Source: Octopus vulgaris
Lineage: Eukaryota
Assembly: GCA_951406725.2 (NCBI GenBank)
Contig: OX597839.1
Location: forward strand, 992,001 to 1,056,000
Reading direction: 5' to 3'
Length of the DNA: 64,000 nt
Below the pieces are notes generated by a model. It saw only the letters and a program-made list of their open reading frames with translations, did not search any database and had not been told where the DNA came from. The translations under genes were made by a program, and so were the position numbers. Each line of letters starts with the position of its first letter. Position 1 is the stretch's first letter. Of this stretch, positions 30,545-45,108 are shown piece after piece.

Positions 30545-31720
30545 TACGGGTGGAAAAGTTTTAATGATAGCTCAGCTTGATCAAGTCGAATCTGGGTCTA
30601 AACAGCAACAATAAAATGTAAGGATACATTAAATAATGCATTCCTGGATACACCATGCCTGATAAACAGTCGTGAGGTCACGGGTGGAAAAGAGTTAATG
30701 ATAATTCAGCTTGATAAGGTCGATTCTTGGGCTAAACAACAACAATAAAATGTAAAGACACATTAGATAATATATTCTTAGATACACTATGACGGGTAAA
30801 ATAAAAAAAAAGGTGAAGAATGTTGATGATGGTAAAAATATACCAATTTATTTATCATCTCCACTGCTTCCTTTGATGGTAGCAACTGTATATAAATTTC
30901 TACCGCCTGCCTCCCGCCAGATCTCTAACGTTCACTTGAAAAATCTGTGTGTAGAGCTTTAACAGCAGGATAATGATATTTTTCCGTAAATGTAGGATGG
31001 CATGTTTATTCATTGTCCGATTTATAGATCTTTGCTCATATTTAGAGAACAAACGAAGAGAGAAAAGTAAAGGGTATTGGGGTAAGGTGTATCTGTGGTC
31101 TGGAAGATCCTTCATAATGTTTGTAGATGTAGCTCAAAATATGCAGGCCATAATGAAAGCAAAAAAGCAGTGAAGAAATCGAACTTTTGGTCTGAGTTTA
31201 GAAAAAGATCTTACATTTTAGATCATGTTGCCGAGAAAAGGATGCATTAGAAAACAGGACACATGAGATTATAAATGAACGTGATGGTCACGGATTGAAG
31301 AGATCTAATGACAACTCAGTTTGATCGGATCGAATCTGAGGTTAAACAACAACAACAACAACAAACAGGTAAGGACACATTAAATCATGTATTCCTAGAC
31401 ACACTATGTCTGATAAACAGTCGTGATGGTCACGAGTGGAAAAGTTTTAATGAAAGCTCAGCTTGATCAGGACGAATCTGGGTCTAAACAACAACAATAA
31501 AATGTAAGGATACATTAAATAATGTATTCCTAGATACACCATGCCTGATAAATAGTCGTGAGGTCACGGATGGAAAAGAGTTAATGATAATTCAGCTTGA
31601 TAAGGTCGATTCTTGGGCTAAACAACAACAATAAAATGTAAAGACACATTACATAATATATTCCTAGATACACTATGACGGGTAAAATAAAAAAGTAGGT
31701 GATGAAGTGTTGATGATGGA
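30545..31720. repeat. Two clusters of a ~134 bp tandem repeat (30545-30830 and 31260-31720)
   Basis: Recurrent ACGGGTGGAAAAG..TTAATGATA..TCAGCTTGAT.AGGTCGA...AAACAACAACAATAAAATGTAA. Confidence 0.85.
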
Positions 31721-31817
31721 TAATTAGGGTTTCTTGATTGACCCTAGTTAACTGTCCCTTTGCAGGATTACTCTGCCTTTCATTCACTTTTATTGTATTG
31801 CCGTTTTTAATTTTCGC

Positions 31818-34800
31818 CCAGATTAATCTTTGCTCCTCTCACCGCTTAGTACTCCCTTGCAACAGAGGAGGTCCCTTCGATTTACGAACTCTCCGACACT
31901 ATTACAATCACGTCGTCCGCATAAGCTGACACGAAACGTCTGTATTCCAGTTCACGCGTGATGGGCCTCAAAATATCCAAATTGCTCAGTAATGGCTCGA
32001 AAGCCAGCATGTACAGAAGGGGTGAGAATAGACATCCTAGATGTACCAAACGGATGATACTAAACGGTTTCGATAGGTGGTCATTTATTTAGACCACTGA
32101 ACAGATGTCTTTGTAAGACGTCCAGCCTCTGGAAACAGGACTGGAAACAGTATTCATGGTCAACCCCTTCGAAAGCTTTTGACTGATCCAAATTGATCAG
32201 TACCCTATCGATGCTACGTTCCTTTCCTACACTTCCTTTGAGGTAGCGCGTCAGGTGGTGGTTGTCGTGGATAGATCTGCTCAGGATTGTGCATGTCTGC
32301 ACGTCACCAACAAATTTATCTTCAACAAGTACCTAAGTCTTGGCTAACACCTTGGCCAAAACCTTATAATCTGCGTTGCCCGTTGTGGGAGACTCTTCTA
32401 TGTTTCTGTTGTGTGCCCGCAGACGACACGTAGGCTAGTCCAACTCGTATAAATAATGGACGTGATAGCTAGTCGGAGAAGCATCGATCCGATTCTTAAA
32501 GTTGAGTTGGTGATTTGGTGGAGAGAAAGCATAAAGCGAGGCGAAGTTTTGTGTCTTTGATATCACTCACAAGTGAGTTGTTGCGTTATGTTATGTTGAA
32601 TTGTTGAATCGTTGATTGACGGAATTGTTAAATTGCTGAATTGTTGAATTGTTGGATTTGTAGTTATTTGAAGTTGTTGAAAATTTTGTTTGTCTTCCCA
32701 TTTAATGGGTGAAGCGCTAAATAACGAAAATATGCAGGTCCAGACGGGCAGTTATGTTGCGGTTAGAGGCAAAAGACCGCCAGTGGAGGGACTGCAAATA
32801 CAGGAGCTGGAAGTGAAAATATAGTTTATAAGAAGTTTGACAACATGTTGAAGAAGAAAGAAGGTTGTTTGAGACTGACACTCCCAAATGAAGTTGCAGA
32901 CAAGCTGGAAAGAAAAATGATCACCTATCGAATGCTGAACATAGCGACATGAGAAATAGAAATAGCAGGCGTTGAAGAAATAGAGGAGTGCTTGAAAGAA
33001 GTTAAGGAAGTGACGACTTTCTATAACAGAGGACGAAAATTTGGCACGGTGGAAGTACGCTTCGTTAATGAGAATGAAGCAAAGAAGTACTCCACCGTAG
33101 CCTTGAAATCAGCACAGTGGGCACGCTTACCAACCTAATGTGGCAAACGCGCAGCCAGAGTGACAATAGGGAGAGTGCCACCCGATTTAACGAGGACTGG
33201 CTTGTGGCAGCTATCCTCTACAACACAGAGGAGAAAGTGGAAATACTGAAAATGTCAAAGACAGCAGAGGTCAACTGATGTGGGTACGGCCTAGAGTTGA
33301 TGGTACTTATCAGCCTGCCTGACCTCCACATAATCACAGAAGAGATTGTCCTGACCGATGAGAGCAGACTGAGAGTCATAGTGGAGGGTAGACCACCAAT
33401 ATGCTTTAAATGCGGAGTAAGGAGACACATGAAGGCAAAGTGTCCCCAGAAACACGAACAAGAAGTAGTGGAGAAGAGAAGTCAGATAGAAGAGAATATA
33501 ATATCGAAGAAGGAAACAGAGTTTACAATGGTAGAGAAGAAAGGAAAGATCCAATCTCCACCGCAAAATAAAAGGAATGTGGAGGATAATAAGAAGAGAA
33601 AAGAAAAAATGAGGAAGCAACGGAGAATCGAACTCAAGAGCCAGAAACTTCAACGAGTAAGGATAAGGAAGAACGGAAGAAACGGGGGAACGAGCAACAA
33701 ACTAGAAATGGAGTCACCAGTTACTGGTGTAGAGAGTAAAGAAATACAGCCAAGAAAGCCACGCAAAGGAAAACATGAACGAGTGTTGGTGACTTACGAG
33801 AAAAGTGTGGAAATGGAAAAGCGTATAGTTAAAATGAAAGGTGTAATAAGAGTGAAATTAGCAGATAATGAAGAGAACCGCATCATGAAAGCAGTGCTAC
33901 TGGAGAGTGAAAGAGTGGCAAGATTGAAAGAGACATTTGGAAGCAGAGTGTAAATTACAAGAAAGCGTTTTCAATATGATGAATTGCTACCAGTGGTAAT
34001 GTATGAAGACTTAATACCTTATGCAATATAAGCATCATAAATACTGGACAAAATCATTAATTATAAAGAAAAAAACTGGGACTTTCTAATTTGCTGGGTA
34101 GACAGCCATTTCATTATCATATGTTCACACTTCATAATTCATTCGTAAATCATTCTATGTACCCCACATTTGTCTTGTAATGTCCATTCTATAGAAAATG
34201 CTTTACATCAATAATAAAGAGAAAGCGTGGAGCGAGCCGGAGCCTTCGGCAGACTAGACGTCGAGTTATGTTGTTTCGAGTCGTTGGAAGTGAGTGTTCG
34301 GTAGTTTAGAAGGGGTACGTTATTGGTGAAGGCACACCATCCGAACGTACGATATAACAGTTTACAACAATCCTTTCTTTTATTCCTTTCTAACACTAAT
34401 ACCTTACAAAACCTAACCAATTTTATTGTCATTGCCTTTCACGGCAAGGCTCCATTTGCTGTTGACGATTACCCACGTCAACTCCGTCTAAAATCATTCT
34501 TTAATACATTCTCTCTATCCTTGGCACGTCGCGAGTGACAACTTTAGCTTCTTGTCTGTGTAACCGGCCGGTTTGAAAATTGGACATCTTAAACAATCTT
34601 TATCTGCTGGCCTACAGGATACCTTGTATAGATACGACCTGGATGACCCGATGCGATACGACTGCGTCCACATTGGCGCATCCAAGAAATCCTATCTGTA
34701 TCTGTCTCAAATATCAGGAAATATTTGAGCATGTCTGTGAGGCTTTTACCACACCCTCCTCAATCCTTTAGCCCTTACCAGTCAAAGCATCGCTCTTAAA

Positions 34801-35479
34801 GCTAAACTGTGCGTGAAATCGTGTCTGTCGGTGTGTCTGCTTTCACTGATGGACACTACATCGGCACCTTGCTGATTATTGTAGTGTAGTTTAAAATGTT
34901 TGACAATGAATCTTCGTAGACCGCAAGTAGCCAATGACTGTTTTAGAGTCTTCTTTAAGCAGTCAGGTATCAATTACCCAAAATAGAATAATGAAGTTAT
35001 TAATAAAATGGGTGGAAAATAATGTTTGCAAGACTTCACAATTCTAGCATCAATCCTCCTGTTATAGGCAGAGAGCCTGAAAATTGGGAAGGAGGACTAT
35101 TCAATTACATCTTAAGCCTGGTACATATTCTGTCGATCCTGTTAGTGGAATGGCTTCATTTGGACACGTAAACACTGAAAGAAGACCGTCGTACATACAC
35201 ACACACGCACACGCACGAGCATACACGCACGTGTACACACATACTTACACACATCACAACACAAACAGACTTTCTGTTCGTCTGTGTGTATGCATGTGCG
35301 TGTATGTATGCGTTTATATGACAGGCCCTTTTCAGTTTCTATCCTCCACATCCGCACAAAAGTTTTTTGTCGAACCGAAACAATTGTAGAAGACACTCAA
35401 GCTGCCAGGCTGTGGGACTGAACTCGAGACCATGTTTTTGAGAAGCAACATTCTTTCCATATTGTTACGCCTACACAGC

Positions 35480-35578
<99 letters not shown>

Positions 35579-35914
35579 TTAGATATGTACCCCACGTTTG
35601 TCTTTGTACACACACGTTCAGATACAATATAGATACACACAGAAAGTTTAAAATACAATATTTACAATATATACACACACAGACACTCCGTAAGCAGATT
35701 GTTGAATGGCCGTTGACTACGTTGTAGTTCCTCCCCCTTTTAACGGTTCTTATTTTTTGTCCCGCAGGGTGTCCAACAAATACCCAAGTAAGTCTGGAGT
35801 GTTAACAGTTTACTCGTCGACGACGCGACTATACAACAGATTGTACTGGACTACATGTTACCAGTTACGCTCAAGAGCGACCTGACATATATATTATATA
35901 TATATATATATCTA

Positions 35915-35950
<36 letters not shown>

Positions 35951-38500
35951 TGCATCTATATATGTGAGTATGGATGTAGGTGTGTACATATGTATGTATG
36001 TGTGTGGCGGGGTCAGATAGACTACACAGGGTAGGAGCTTCTCCGTGGTCAAACTTTCTCAACTCATATTTCACACCCTAGGTAGATTTACAACACACTG
36101 AATAATGTAGACCAAAGGTACAATATAATTTTCGAAACAGAAGACAATATGATCACATCTGGAATATCTTTCATTATGGATCTAATGCCTCGGGACTCCC
36201 CATGGGATAAATAACTAGAACAACAACAACATGGCATCCCTAGATATTTTATCAAATCTCTTAAAATTAATGGTTGTTTTCAAAATCATTTGAAACACGG
36301 AGATATTGTATTATTTTGAGGGATTTCTGAATTCATTAATGTTTAGCTAATCATTTCTTAAATGCTCATATAATTTGACCAATATTTTAATTCTGTACAA
36401 ATTTATACCATCTGATCCCGATATATTTCACATGGCCGCTAAAACCGCATTGCACTCCATTCATTTGTGAAGCTATAATAATTTTATTCCCCGTCTTACA
36501 GAATGATTGAATAAAAATATAAATTATTATAATGTTTACTAATTCATATGAATATAAAAAGTTTTTTGTAATACAGATGATCGACGGATTTAGGTCATAA
36601 GACAAACATCCAGAAATATCGAATGTAAGGAAATTACCGCGACGTTGTGTTCTTGAGCAAAACACTTCATTTCACGTTGCTCCAGTCCACTCAGCTGGCA
36701 AAAAATGAGTAACGCGTCCCGTCCAACTGGGGAACACATACGCCATAGAAACCGGGAAACCGGAACCATGAGCCTGGCTACGCTTTAATAAAGGGTGCAT
36801 TCATTTTCTATTTAAGTATAGTACAGATTGATCCGGCGGTTTGACCGTGCATTGAGTACACGCACACAAACAAGGTATTTTATATATTAATATGTGTGTG
36901 TATGTGTGTGTGAGTGTGGGTTTGTGTAAGAATGTGTGTGTGTGTGTGTGCATGTATATATGTATGTATGCACGAGATTCTGTGTCAGTACGTTTCACTA
37001 AATTGTAATTGATTACGACGCCGACTAGAAACCGATTCTCAATGAAGATCTTACTCGCATCATTCGCATCATTCGCTGAGTACATATTTTATAATTCTCA
37101 TTTACCTACTGCTCAATTCATTAATTTTCCGAAACTTTAATGTGGCTTAAGGCGTTTAGATATGTCGCAGAAAGATATTCCATGATAGGAAGGATACATT
37201 AAACTTTCCATTCAAAAGATTCAACTCCTTTATACCATTTTCATTGTGGGACTAAATCTATCAGCGGTGAATTAACCATTAAGCAAAATAATCACGTGCT
37301 TAGGGCATCAAGCGAAGTAGGGTGCACACAAAAATCTGCATTTACACTAAGTAGAGATAAAGGCATTCCGAATATCTTAGCAAGTTTAAAGTGATTGCTT
37401 TTGTGCCGTAAACCACTTACCATTATTGTTGTGTATATATATATACATATAGAAAAGACGCAACGAAAACTTTAGAAAAAATAAATAAGTAAATGAGTGG
37501 AAATCGAACTGTTGTGTGTTCGTTAAATAATAAGGCTATTCTTTCTCTTTCTACTAACGTCATTGTTACTTGATAATTTGCCTGACCTCAATATCCTTTT
37601 CTGGTGAATGAGCATAACAGTAATCCAGGACACAGTCTTGCTGAGGTATTCAACGGGTTAATGTGACACAGGTATAGCTTGCTTCCTAACCACACGGTCT
37701 CGAGTTCAGTCCCACTGCGTGGCAACTTCGGCAAGTGTCTTCTACAATGGCCTCGGGACGACTAAAGCCTTGAGTGTGGATTTGGTAAATGGAAACTGAA
37801 AGAAGCTCGTCGTATATACATATTTTTTATATAAGTGCGTGTGTGTGTGTCTATGTATGTGTGCGCGTGCGTGTGTGTGTGTTTGTGTGTCTGTGTTTCC
37901 CCCCCCCCACACTATCGCATGTCAACCGATGATGGTGTGTTTACGAAACAGACTGATAAAATAAGTACTGGGCTTACAAAGAATAAATCCTGTTCGTCTA
38001 AAAGCGGTGCTCCAGCATGGTCGCAATCAATTGACTGAAACAAGGAAAAGAATAAAACAATATGTATATGAAATAATCCTTTTCTGGAACAGTGGATCTC
38101 GTAGAAAGTTTTTCAATCCAATATTTAAATATTCATAGCTCTATGTGATTCGAGGTCCACATTCTCAAAAACACAATTCCTTCGCACCCACATAGATTGT
38201 ATATATGATTTGGATCATCAAGGCCTGCAGTTAAATTCTGATCTTTGTGTATCTTAAAATGTCTTTCGAGCCCTCCGTTAGATTTGCAGACCTTATGGTA
38301 TACATGGCATTGAAAGGTGTACACAGACATATAGACAGAGTAGTTAGTGCAGGATCGTTTCTCGTGAGCCCGCGAATGGAATATGAGCCTAGAGAAAAAG
38401 GCATGATCTGTCACAAACTGTGCACAGAAAACAAAATCAACGAGATCCACCTACACTGTTGCAACATCCTTTTTTAGATCTCTCTTGAATATTATATATA
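31818..38500. repeat. ~6.7 kb direct duplication, copy 2
   Basis: Matches 20194-26830; includes a second TG...CA element at 32384-34369. Confidence 0.95.
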
Positions 38501-38519
38501 TATATATATACATATATAT

Positions 38520-39192
38520 CTTATAATTAAGGGCTAAAGAAGGTTATTTTAAAGCCAATACACTGATTTATCCACTTATAATCCACTTGTTACAGGAAAA
38601 TTGAACTGAAAGCGGGCAACTAGCCCTTAGAAAATTTAAATTTCGTTATCTCTATATAAAAATCAATTTCGGATTTAATCTCTATAAAGGATACATACTC
38701 ACATGTGATCATGGAAAATGCAGAAGCTAAAAACACAACTACATTTAAGTTCATCATTTATATCTAAAAATAAAAATTCTTTGGTCAGTCTCAGAACAAC
38801 GTGTTGACCTATCGCCGCTACATATTGTAATGGTTACCGGTCCCCTTGTAACAAGCAGTGAGTTTACTACTGACAATAAAGGACGAAGTCCCTTCCTCTA
38901 CAGAAAATGATTCCATCAAAAAGCGTGGCAGTATATTAAAAAAACCTTCACGGTTGAAGTATAAACATCTTATAATTAAGGGCTAAAGAAGGTTATTCTA
39001 AAGCCAATACACTGATTTATCCACTTATAATCAACTTGTTACAGGAAAATTGAACTGAAACTTAAATTTCGTTATCTCTATATTGAATCAATTTCGGAAT
39101 TAATCCCAATAAAGGATACATTCTTCATCAGTAGAGCTTACGAGGGAATATAAATAAAATACTCACATGTGATCATGGAAAAAGCAGAAGCT
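38520..39192 (-). mobile_element. ~1.5 tandem copies of a ~450 bp hammerhead-bearing unit at a (TA)n tract
   Basis: CTTATAATTAAGGGCTAAAGAAGG at 38520 and again at 38969; absent from the paralogous (TA)n at 26820. Confidence 0.8.
39076..39136 (-). ncRNA. Type I hammerhead ribozyme
   Basis: CTCTA-CTGATGA-[aGAAT..ATCC..GGAT..ATTCc]-GAAA-TTGattCAA-TA-TAGAG; AUA triplet; the upstream unit has lost CTGATGA. Confidence 0.75.
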
Positions 39193-39194
39193 TT

Positions 39195-40117
39195 AGTTCA
39201 GAAGAGGTACGTTATTGGTGAAGGCACGCCATCCGGACGTGCGATATAACAGTTTCCAACAACCCTCTCTTTTATTCCTTTCTAACACTAATACCTTACA
39301 AAACCTAACCAATTTTATTGTCATTGCTTTCACGGCAAGGCTCCATTTGCTGTTGACGATTACCCACGTCAACTCCGTCTAAAATCATTCTTTAATACAT
39401 ACTCTGTATCCTAGGCACGTCGCGAGTGACGACTTTAGCTTCCAGTAACAGCGACCCTGACTTCTAAGTTATTCTAAGCTGTCCCTAGAGATCGCAAACT
39501 TTTGTCTGTGTAACCGGCCGGTTTGAAAATTGGACAGCTTAAACAATCTTTATCTGCTGGCCTACAGAATACCTTGTATAGATACGACCTGGATGACCGA
39601 TGCAATTCGACCACGTGCACATTGGCGCATCCGAGACATCCAATCTGTATCTGTCTCAGAGAGCTGGAAATATTTGAGCATGTCTGTGAGGCTTTTACCA
39701 CACCGTCCTCAATCCTTTAGCCCTTACCAGTCAAAGCATCGCTCTGAAAGTTAAACTGTGCGCGAAATCTTGTCGGTCGGTGAGTCTGCTTTCACTGATG
39801 GACACTACATCGGCACCTTGCTGATTATTGTAGTGTAGTTGAAAATGTTTGACAATGAATCTTCGTAGACCGCAAGTAGCCAATGACTGTTTTAGAGTCT
39901 TCTTTAAGCAGTCAGGTATCAATTTACCCAAAATAGAATAATGAAGTTATTAATAAAATGGGTGGAAAATAATGTTTGCAAGACTTCACAATTCTAGCAT
40001 CACTCCTCCTGTTATATGCAGAAGGCCTGAAAATTGGGAAGGAGGACTATTCAATTACACCTTAAGCCTGGTACATATTCTGTCGATCCCGTTAATGGAA
40101 TAGCTTCATTTGGAACC
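39195..40117. repeat. Third partial copy of 22665-23610
   Basis: Same sequence from GGTACGTTATTGGTGAAGGCAC to GCTTCATTTGGA; ends at the inversion breakpoint. Confidence 0.9.
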
Positions 40118-40433
40118 GTAAAGAAAATGTGTTTTATGAAATAACTAATCTGGGAACCTTTGATACTACATTGTATAAAAGAACCACGTAAATACTTCCT
40201 TGTTAACTGACATAGTTACACACGGTCGTGTACTCACCCACTAACACACACACACGCACATACACGCCCATGCACAGGTAAATATACTCTGCTGTGGTTT
40301 TGCAGTGTCGTGACTTAAAAATTCTGTAGTCATTGTTCGAATTCTGGAGGTTTTGATTGAACGAAACTTTGTATTTTTAATTTACATCCTGTTTGAATTC
40401 ACAAACAACTACGCGTCTTTTATGTATGTATGC

Positions 40434-40524
<91 letters not shown>

Positions 40525-40839
40525 CATCTATCTATCTAGCTATCTATCTATCTTTCAATCTATCTACCTAGCTGGCTAGCTAGCTGTGTAGGTATAGCAA
40601 TATGGAAAGTATTTATCGTCTCAAAAACATGGTCTCGAGTTCAGTCCCACAGCCTGGCAGCTTGCGTATCTTCTACAATTGCTTCGGGTCGACAAAAGCC
40701 TTTTATGCGGATGGAAACTGAAAAGGTTCTGTCGTATAAACACATACATACACACACAATCTTACACACAGACAAACACATACAAACACACATGTCTGTG
40801 TGTGTTGTTATGTGTGTACATGTGTGTGTGCACACATAA

Positions 40840-41251
40840 CAATTTGCAAGCTCTTAAAGAAGAGGGGATGAAAACTGCTAGAGTGGCAGAGGTGCAACAT
40901 GTCATCAAAGCGACATTTCGGTCTTTGGTTGATCAAAATGTGCGCATAGGACACGGGCCCAAGCAGATGTGTGGGGGTGTTTCAGCAGCACTTCGCCCAA
41001 CTGTTTGGAATGGATGGCAGTCCGAAACACAGGGTGGACTGCAGTACCTACTTCGGCGGTATTCCACAACTCTCAGAAAGTGGGGCACTATATTACTAAA
41101 TGCCAAAAACAGCAGAAACACGGGAAACTCAGCGGCATTTGGCCGAAATGTGCACGACGCCAGTTTAAACTTCTTAAAAGGACTTGAATCAGAGTATGGT
41201 CAACTTGTTTACTACTGTGAAGTTTGTTTGCTAAGTAAAGGGAAGATGCTT

Positions 41252-41255
<4 letters not shown>
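40840..41255 (+). mobile_element. hAT transposase fragment (mirror of 15617-16032)
   Basis: C-terminal motif of ORF 40679-41254. Confidence 0.75.
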
Positions 41256-41298
<43 letters not shown>

Positions 41299-42062
41299 AT
41301 ATATAAATATATATATACATATATACATACATGCATGTATGCATACATGCATATATACATGCATACATACATAATGCATAATGCATACATATATACATAC
41401 ATACATGCATACATGTATGCATACATACATACATACTATATGTACGTACACAAGCATCCATATAGGTGAATGCTCATATGAGTTTTGAATACAAGCTATA
41501 GAAATCATTAATCAAAGGACTTATTCATTCAACAGTTTTATTCTTCTGTGATCTAAAATATTAAAATATACTTCCACAACCGAAACCAGTTTCTAACTCA
41601 CATTGAGAAATCTTCCTGTTTGCACAAAAGTTGTTTATAATAACAAGAAACTACGTAAAGTAAGAAATGATACCAGTCAAGAATATGCCGGATGGAATGG
41701 ACTAAACACAAAAATTCTTAAAACTCGATCCTAAATAAGAAACCATCGCCACCAAACAATTTTGTTAAACGTGAGTGAACATCGTGCAAATGGTTCATGT
41801 GAACGGACTTAATCTGAGCACGTCTAGATTGAGGATAGATGAAGAGGAGAGGACATATGCACTAGGAATCAGGGAGATCGTAGATTTTGTGGGGCTTCCA
41901 TCAGCAGTCCTTCGAAGTCTCCCTCTTTTGAGGGGATTCTAATTGTTGTAAATTGTATGGTGATTCTGTTTTTGCGCGTACCAGTCCCTTTCTTTTTGTA
42001 TCGTATTGCGTTTTGCTATCCCCAATCTTTGATATGAAGCCTCAGAGGTTAATAATTAAAAG

Positions 42063-42158
<96 letters not shown>

Positions 42159-42177
42159 CTTGCTGTTGTTGTTGTTG

Positions 42178-42214
<37 letters not shown>

Positions 42215-42219
42215 CATTA

Positions 42220-42254
<35 letters not shown>

Positions 42255-42255
42255 G

Positions 42256-42799
42256 AGTGAGAGAGCAGTTCATGCCATCAAAGTGACACTGGGGTAAAAT
42301 ATACGAAGCCCAATATACCCATCATGACTACCCGTCTGATAAAGGTACACCAGGCACATGCATCACAACCATATGTGCGCGACATGGTGATCTCATATCA
42401 AGATAAACAGCACATGACCTTGCAGGTGGGGCCCAGTTAGAATTTTCTTCAGGTTGAGTAGCCCATCCCGCTCAAAAGGTCCCTGAATAAGGGTTGCTTT
42501 AGGATGTTGAACGAAACACCTATGTTTCCAGAGGTGAATTATTCAAACTCCAAAGAATCCCTCTCAACACATGGCCATGATGCTCCCCCACTACTTCTGC
42601 TCGTGATCAGAGATGCACGTATTGTCAGCCACTAAGGGACATGCTCAACTGGTTATGGTCAAACAACTGACAAGCAAATCTGTGGTATTGAGCAGAATAT
42701 TTGCTGTAGCCCATCTTTTATACCAAGACAGAACAATGTACATGATACCACTTCCAATCAGTTAAGATCAGAAGCCATGAGAGCCTCTGCCTGGTACTG

Positions 42800-42802
<3 letters not shown>
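42256..42802 (-). mobile_element. ~555 bp non-coding element inserted in (TAA)n
   Basis: Near-identical to 54081-54637; the paralogous tract at 14650-14795 is empty. Confidence 0.85.
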
Positions 42803-42830
<28 letters not shown>

Positions 42831-43777
42831 GCTATTATTACTTTATCGATGCACAACAGTTTAAATTGTTGGAAAAGAATAAAATTCTTACGCTGAGCAA
42901 CAACAAATAACCTTATATATCAAGAATTTTCCTAAGTATCCTAAACGTCCCTAATCACACTATTTACTGGAGCTACACTAAACTAGATTCTGCGCTTATT
43001 TCTTCGATCCGTCTTTTCAATGGCCACTGCCGTATTCTTGTTAGACATCTCACACTGACTTTCTCTTTATTTGGAAAGGTAAAGTCGACTACCTTGTACT
43101 TTCGATTCTCATTGTCTACTGCAATTAACTAGAGTTTCTGTCACTCTATCAGTTTGAATGTTAAAATCTCACAATTCCTTATATTTCTTACTTTCTAGCC
43201 CTTCACTAGCTTCATGTTCATACCATTCATCATTATGGTTAAATTTAGCTTTCTACATAAGTCCCAGTGGATTATTCTCCCTAGGTTATCATGTGCCAGC
43301 ATACTACATTCACTTACTAAATGACTAACAGTTACCACTTTTGATTTAAATAGCCTATATTCGGAATCAATATGCCTTGTCTATTTTGGATTTGGTAACG
43401 ATAACATAGTACGATAACATAGGTGTTCAGACACCCCACATTTCTTTGAGAGTTTTAGAAAAGATTTAGAAGAGAAAACCATAGTGGAGCAGCTACAAAT
43501 ATAAGCAGACCAGCAAAGTTCGAGGCTATCCAGGGCTTTATATAGCCAACCAAAAGGCACAAAATTTTTTGTGGTTGCTGAGGACAGAAAGTCAAGTTTT
43601 TAATCTGAGCGTTGACAAAAACGATCTGAACGCTTTTTGCCCACAACGAAGTCAGAGAGCGAACGCTGGAGGAATATTCTTTGACAGGCGAAAAGATAGG
43701 AGAGAAGACACATAAGAATGTGTCTGGTCTGTGCGACAGATTGAAGAAAAGAAAGATGGACGATGACCGCGTGGGAG

Positions 43778-43810
<33 letters not shown>

Positions 43811-44145
43811 GCAGACGGATAGAAAACAGTGAACGGGAGAAAAAAGGAACTAGAGAAGGGATGAAAGAAAAACCAAAAGCATGAGGGGGAGAAAAAAGAA
43901 TTAGATAAAGGAAGAGAGAGAAAACAAAACGGGGTGAGAGAGAGAACAGTATCAAAGTCGCATCGAAATTATTAAGATAAACTTACTTCGAAATGAATGG
44001 TAGCGTTCAGTCACATAATAATATATATTAAAAACAATAATATATATGCGTATATACATACATATATGTACACCCTCTACACACACACACACATACATAT
44101 ATGTATATACATATATACCTATATATATGTGAGTATGTATTTATA

Positions 44146-44176
<31 letters not shown>

Positions 44177-44195
44177 ATATTTATATATATTTATA

Positions 44196-44228
<33 letters not shown>

Positions 44229-44311
44229 CACGTGATCACGTGGGCCTGCTGCCCTAACCACTAGGCAATTGCGCCTCCACTATATATATACATATATATA
44301 TATATATATAC

Positions 44312-44345
<34 letters not shown>

Positions 44346-44569
44346 ATATATATATATATGCATATATATATATATATATATATGTATATAGATATATATA
44401 TATATGGGTGTGTGTGATTGTGTATAGAAGAATATATTAATAAAAAGAATTCCAACCTTGTCTGATTTTCACGTTTTATTTACAATCTTATAATGATATA
44501 TTATAAGATAATATATTATAATTGAATAAAATAAAATGAAATAGTAGAATGTTAAATATTCATTCTGAT

Positions 44570-44614
44570 TGAACTAGTACTTTCATGCATTGAATTCTGC
44601 AATCTTCGGGTTCA
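44570..44614 (-). ncRNA. Minimal PLE-type hammerhead (variant core)
   Basis: TGAAC-CCGAAGA-tTGCA..TGCAt-GAAA-GTAC-TA-GTTCA; palindromic stem III; U4C. Confidence 0.65.
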
Positions 44615-44649
44615 TGTAGTAGTGTTGACAGTCATGCTTCACAATTTTT

Positions 44650-44795
44650 GACTGTAGCAAGATGAGTGATTCTGTGCTATAAATACAGCTGGGTAGGCTC
44701 CAGAGTGCTAGGTTTTGCAAACTGTATTCTGACCAATCAGTGTGTAGTATCACTCAATTACTTAAGCTGATTGGTTGGTTGAGCTGATTGGTTTA
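44650..44795 (-). promoter_or_regulatory. Putative Pol II promoter in the PLE pLTR
   Basis: Three CCAAT(CAG) boxes at ~44733, ~44770 and ~44787; TATTTATA at 44685-44678; Inr-like CAGT 32 nt downstream (44653). Confidence 0.5.
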
Positions 44796-45108
44796 GGCAT
44801 CACGCTTTGTTGGACAGGTCAAGAGTCCTGTATCTTGACCCTGGCCGAAGCAGCAATTGTTGGGTTATTTTTAGAAATGTTGTAAATATCCTTTGTCAGA
44901 GATTTTTATATTTTTATATTTCAATTGTCATCATCATCATTGTCAGCACCTTAATTATTGTTGCTAGTGGTGATGGTGGTGGCAATAGAACTTTTAACCC
45001 TAAATAAGATAATTTTCCTGCTATCTTCGTCTTGATCACCTTTAGTATTGTTGTTGTTGTTAGTGGTCATGGTCGTAGCAGTGGAAGTAATACCTCTAAG
45101 TATTATTA

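Noticed and set aside
30545-31720. CRISPR-like array
   Set aside because: Eukaryotic context, long units, no unique spacers and no cas genes
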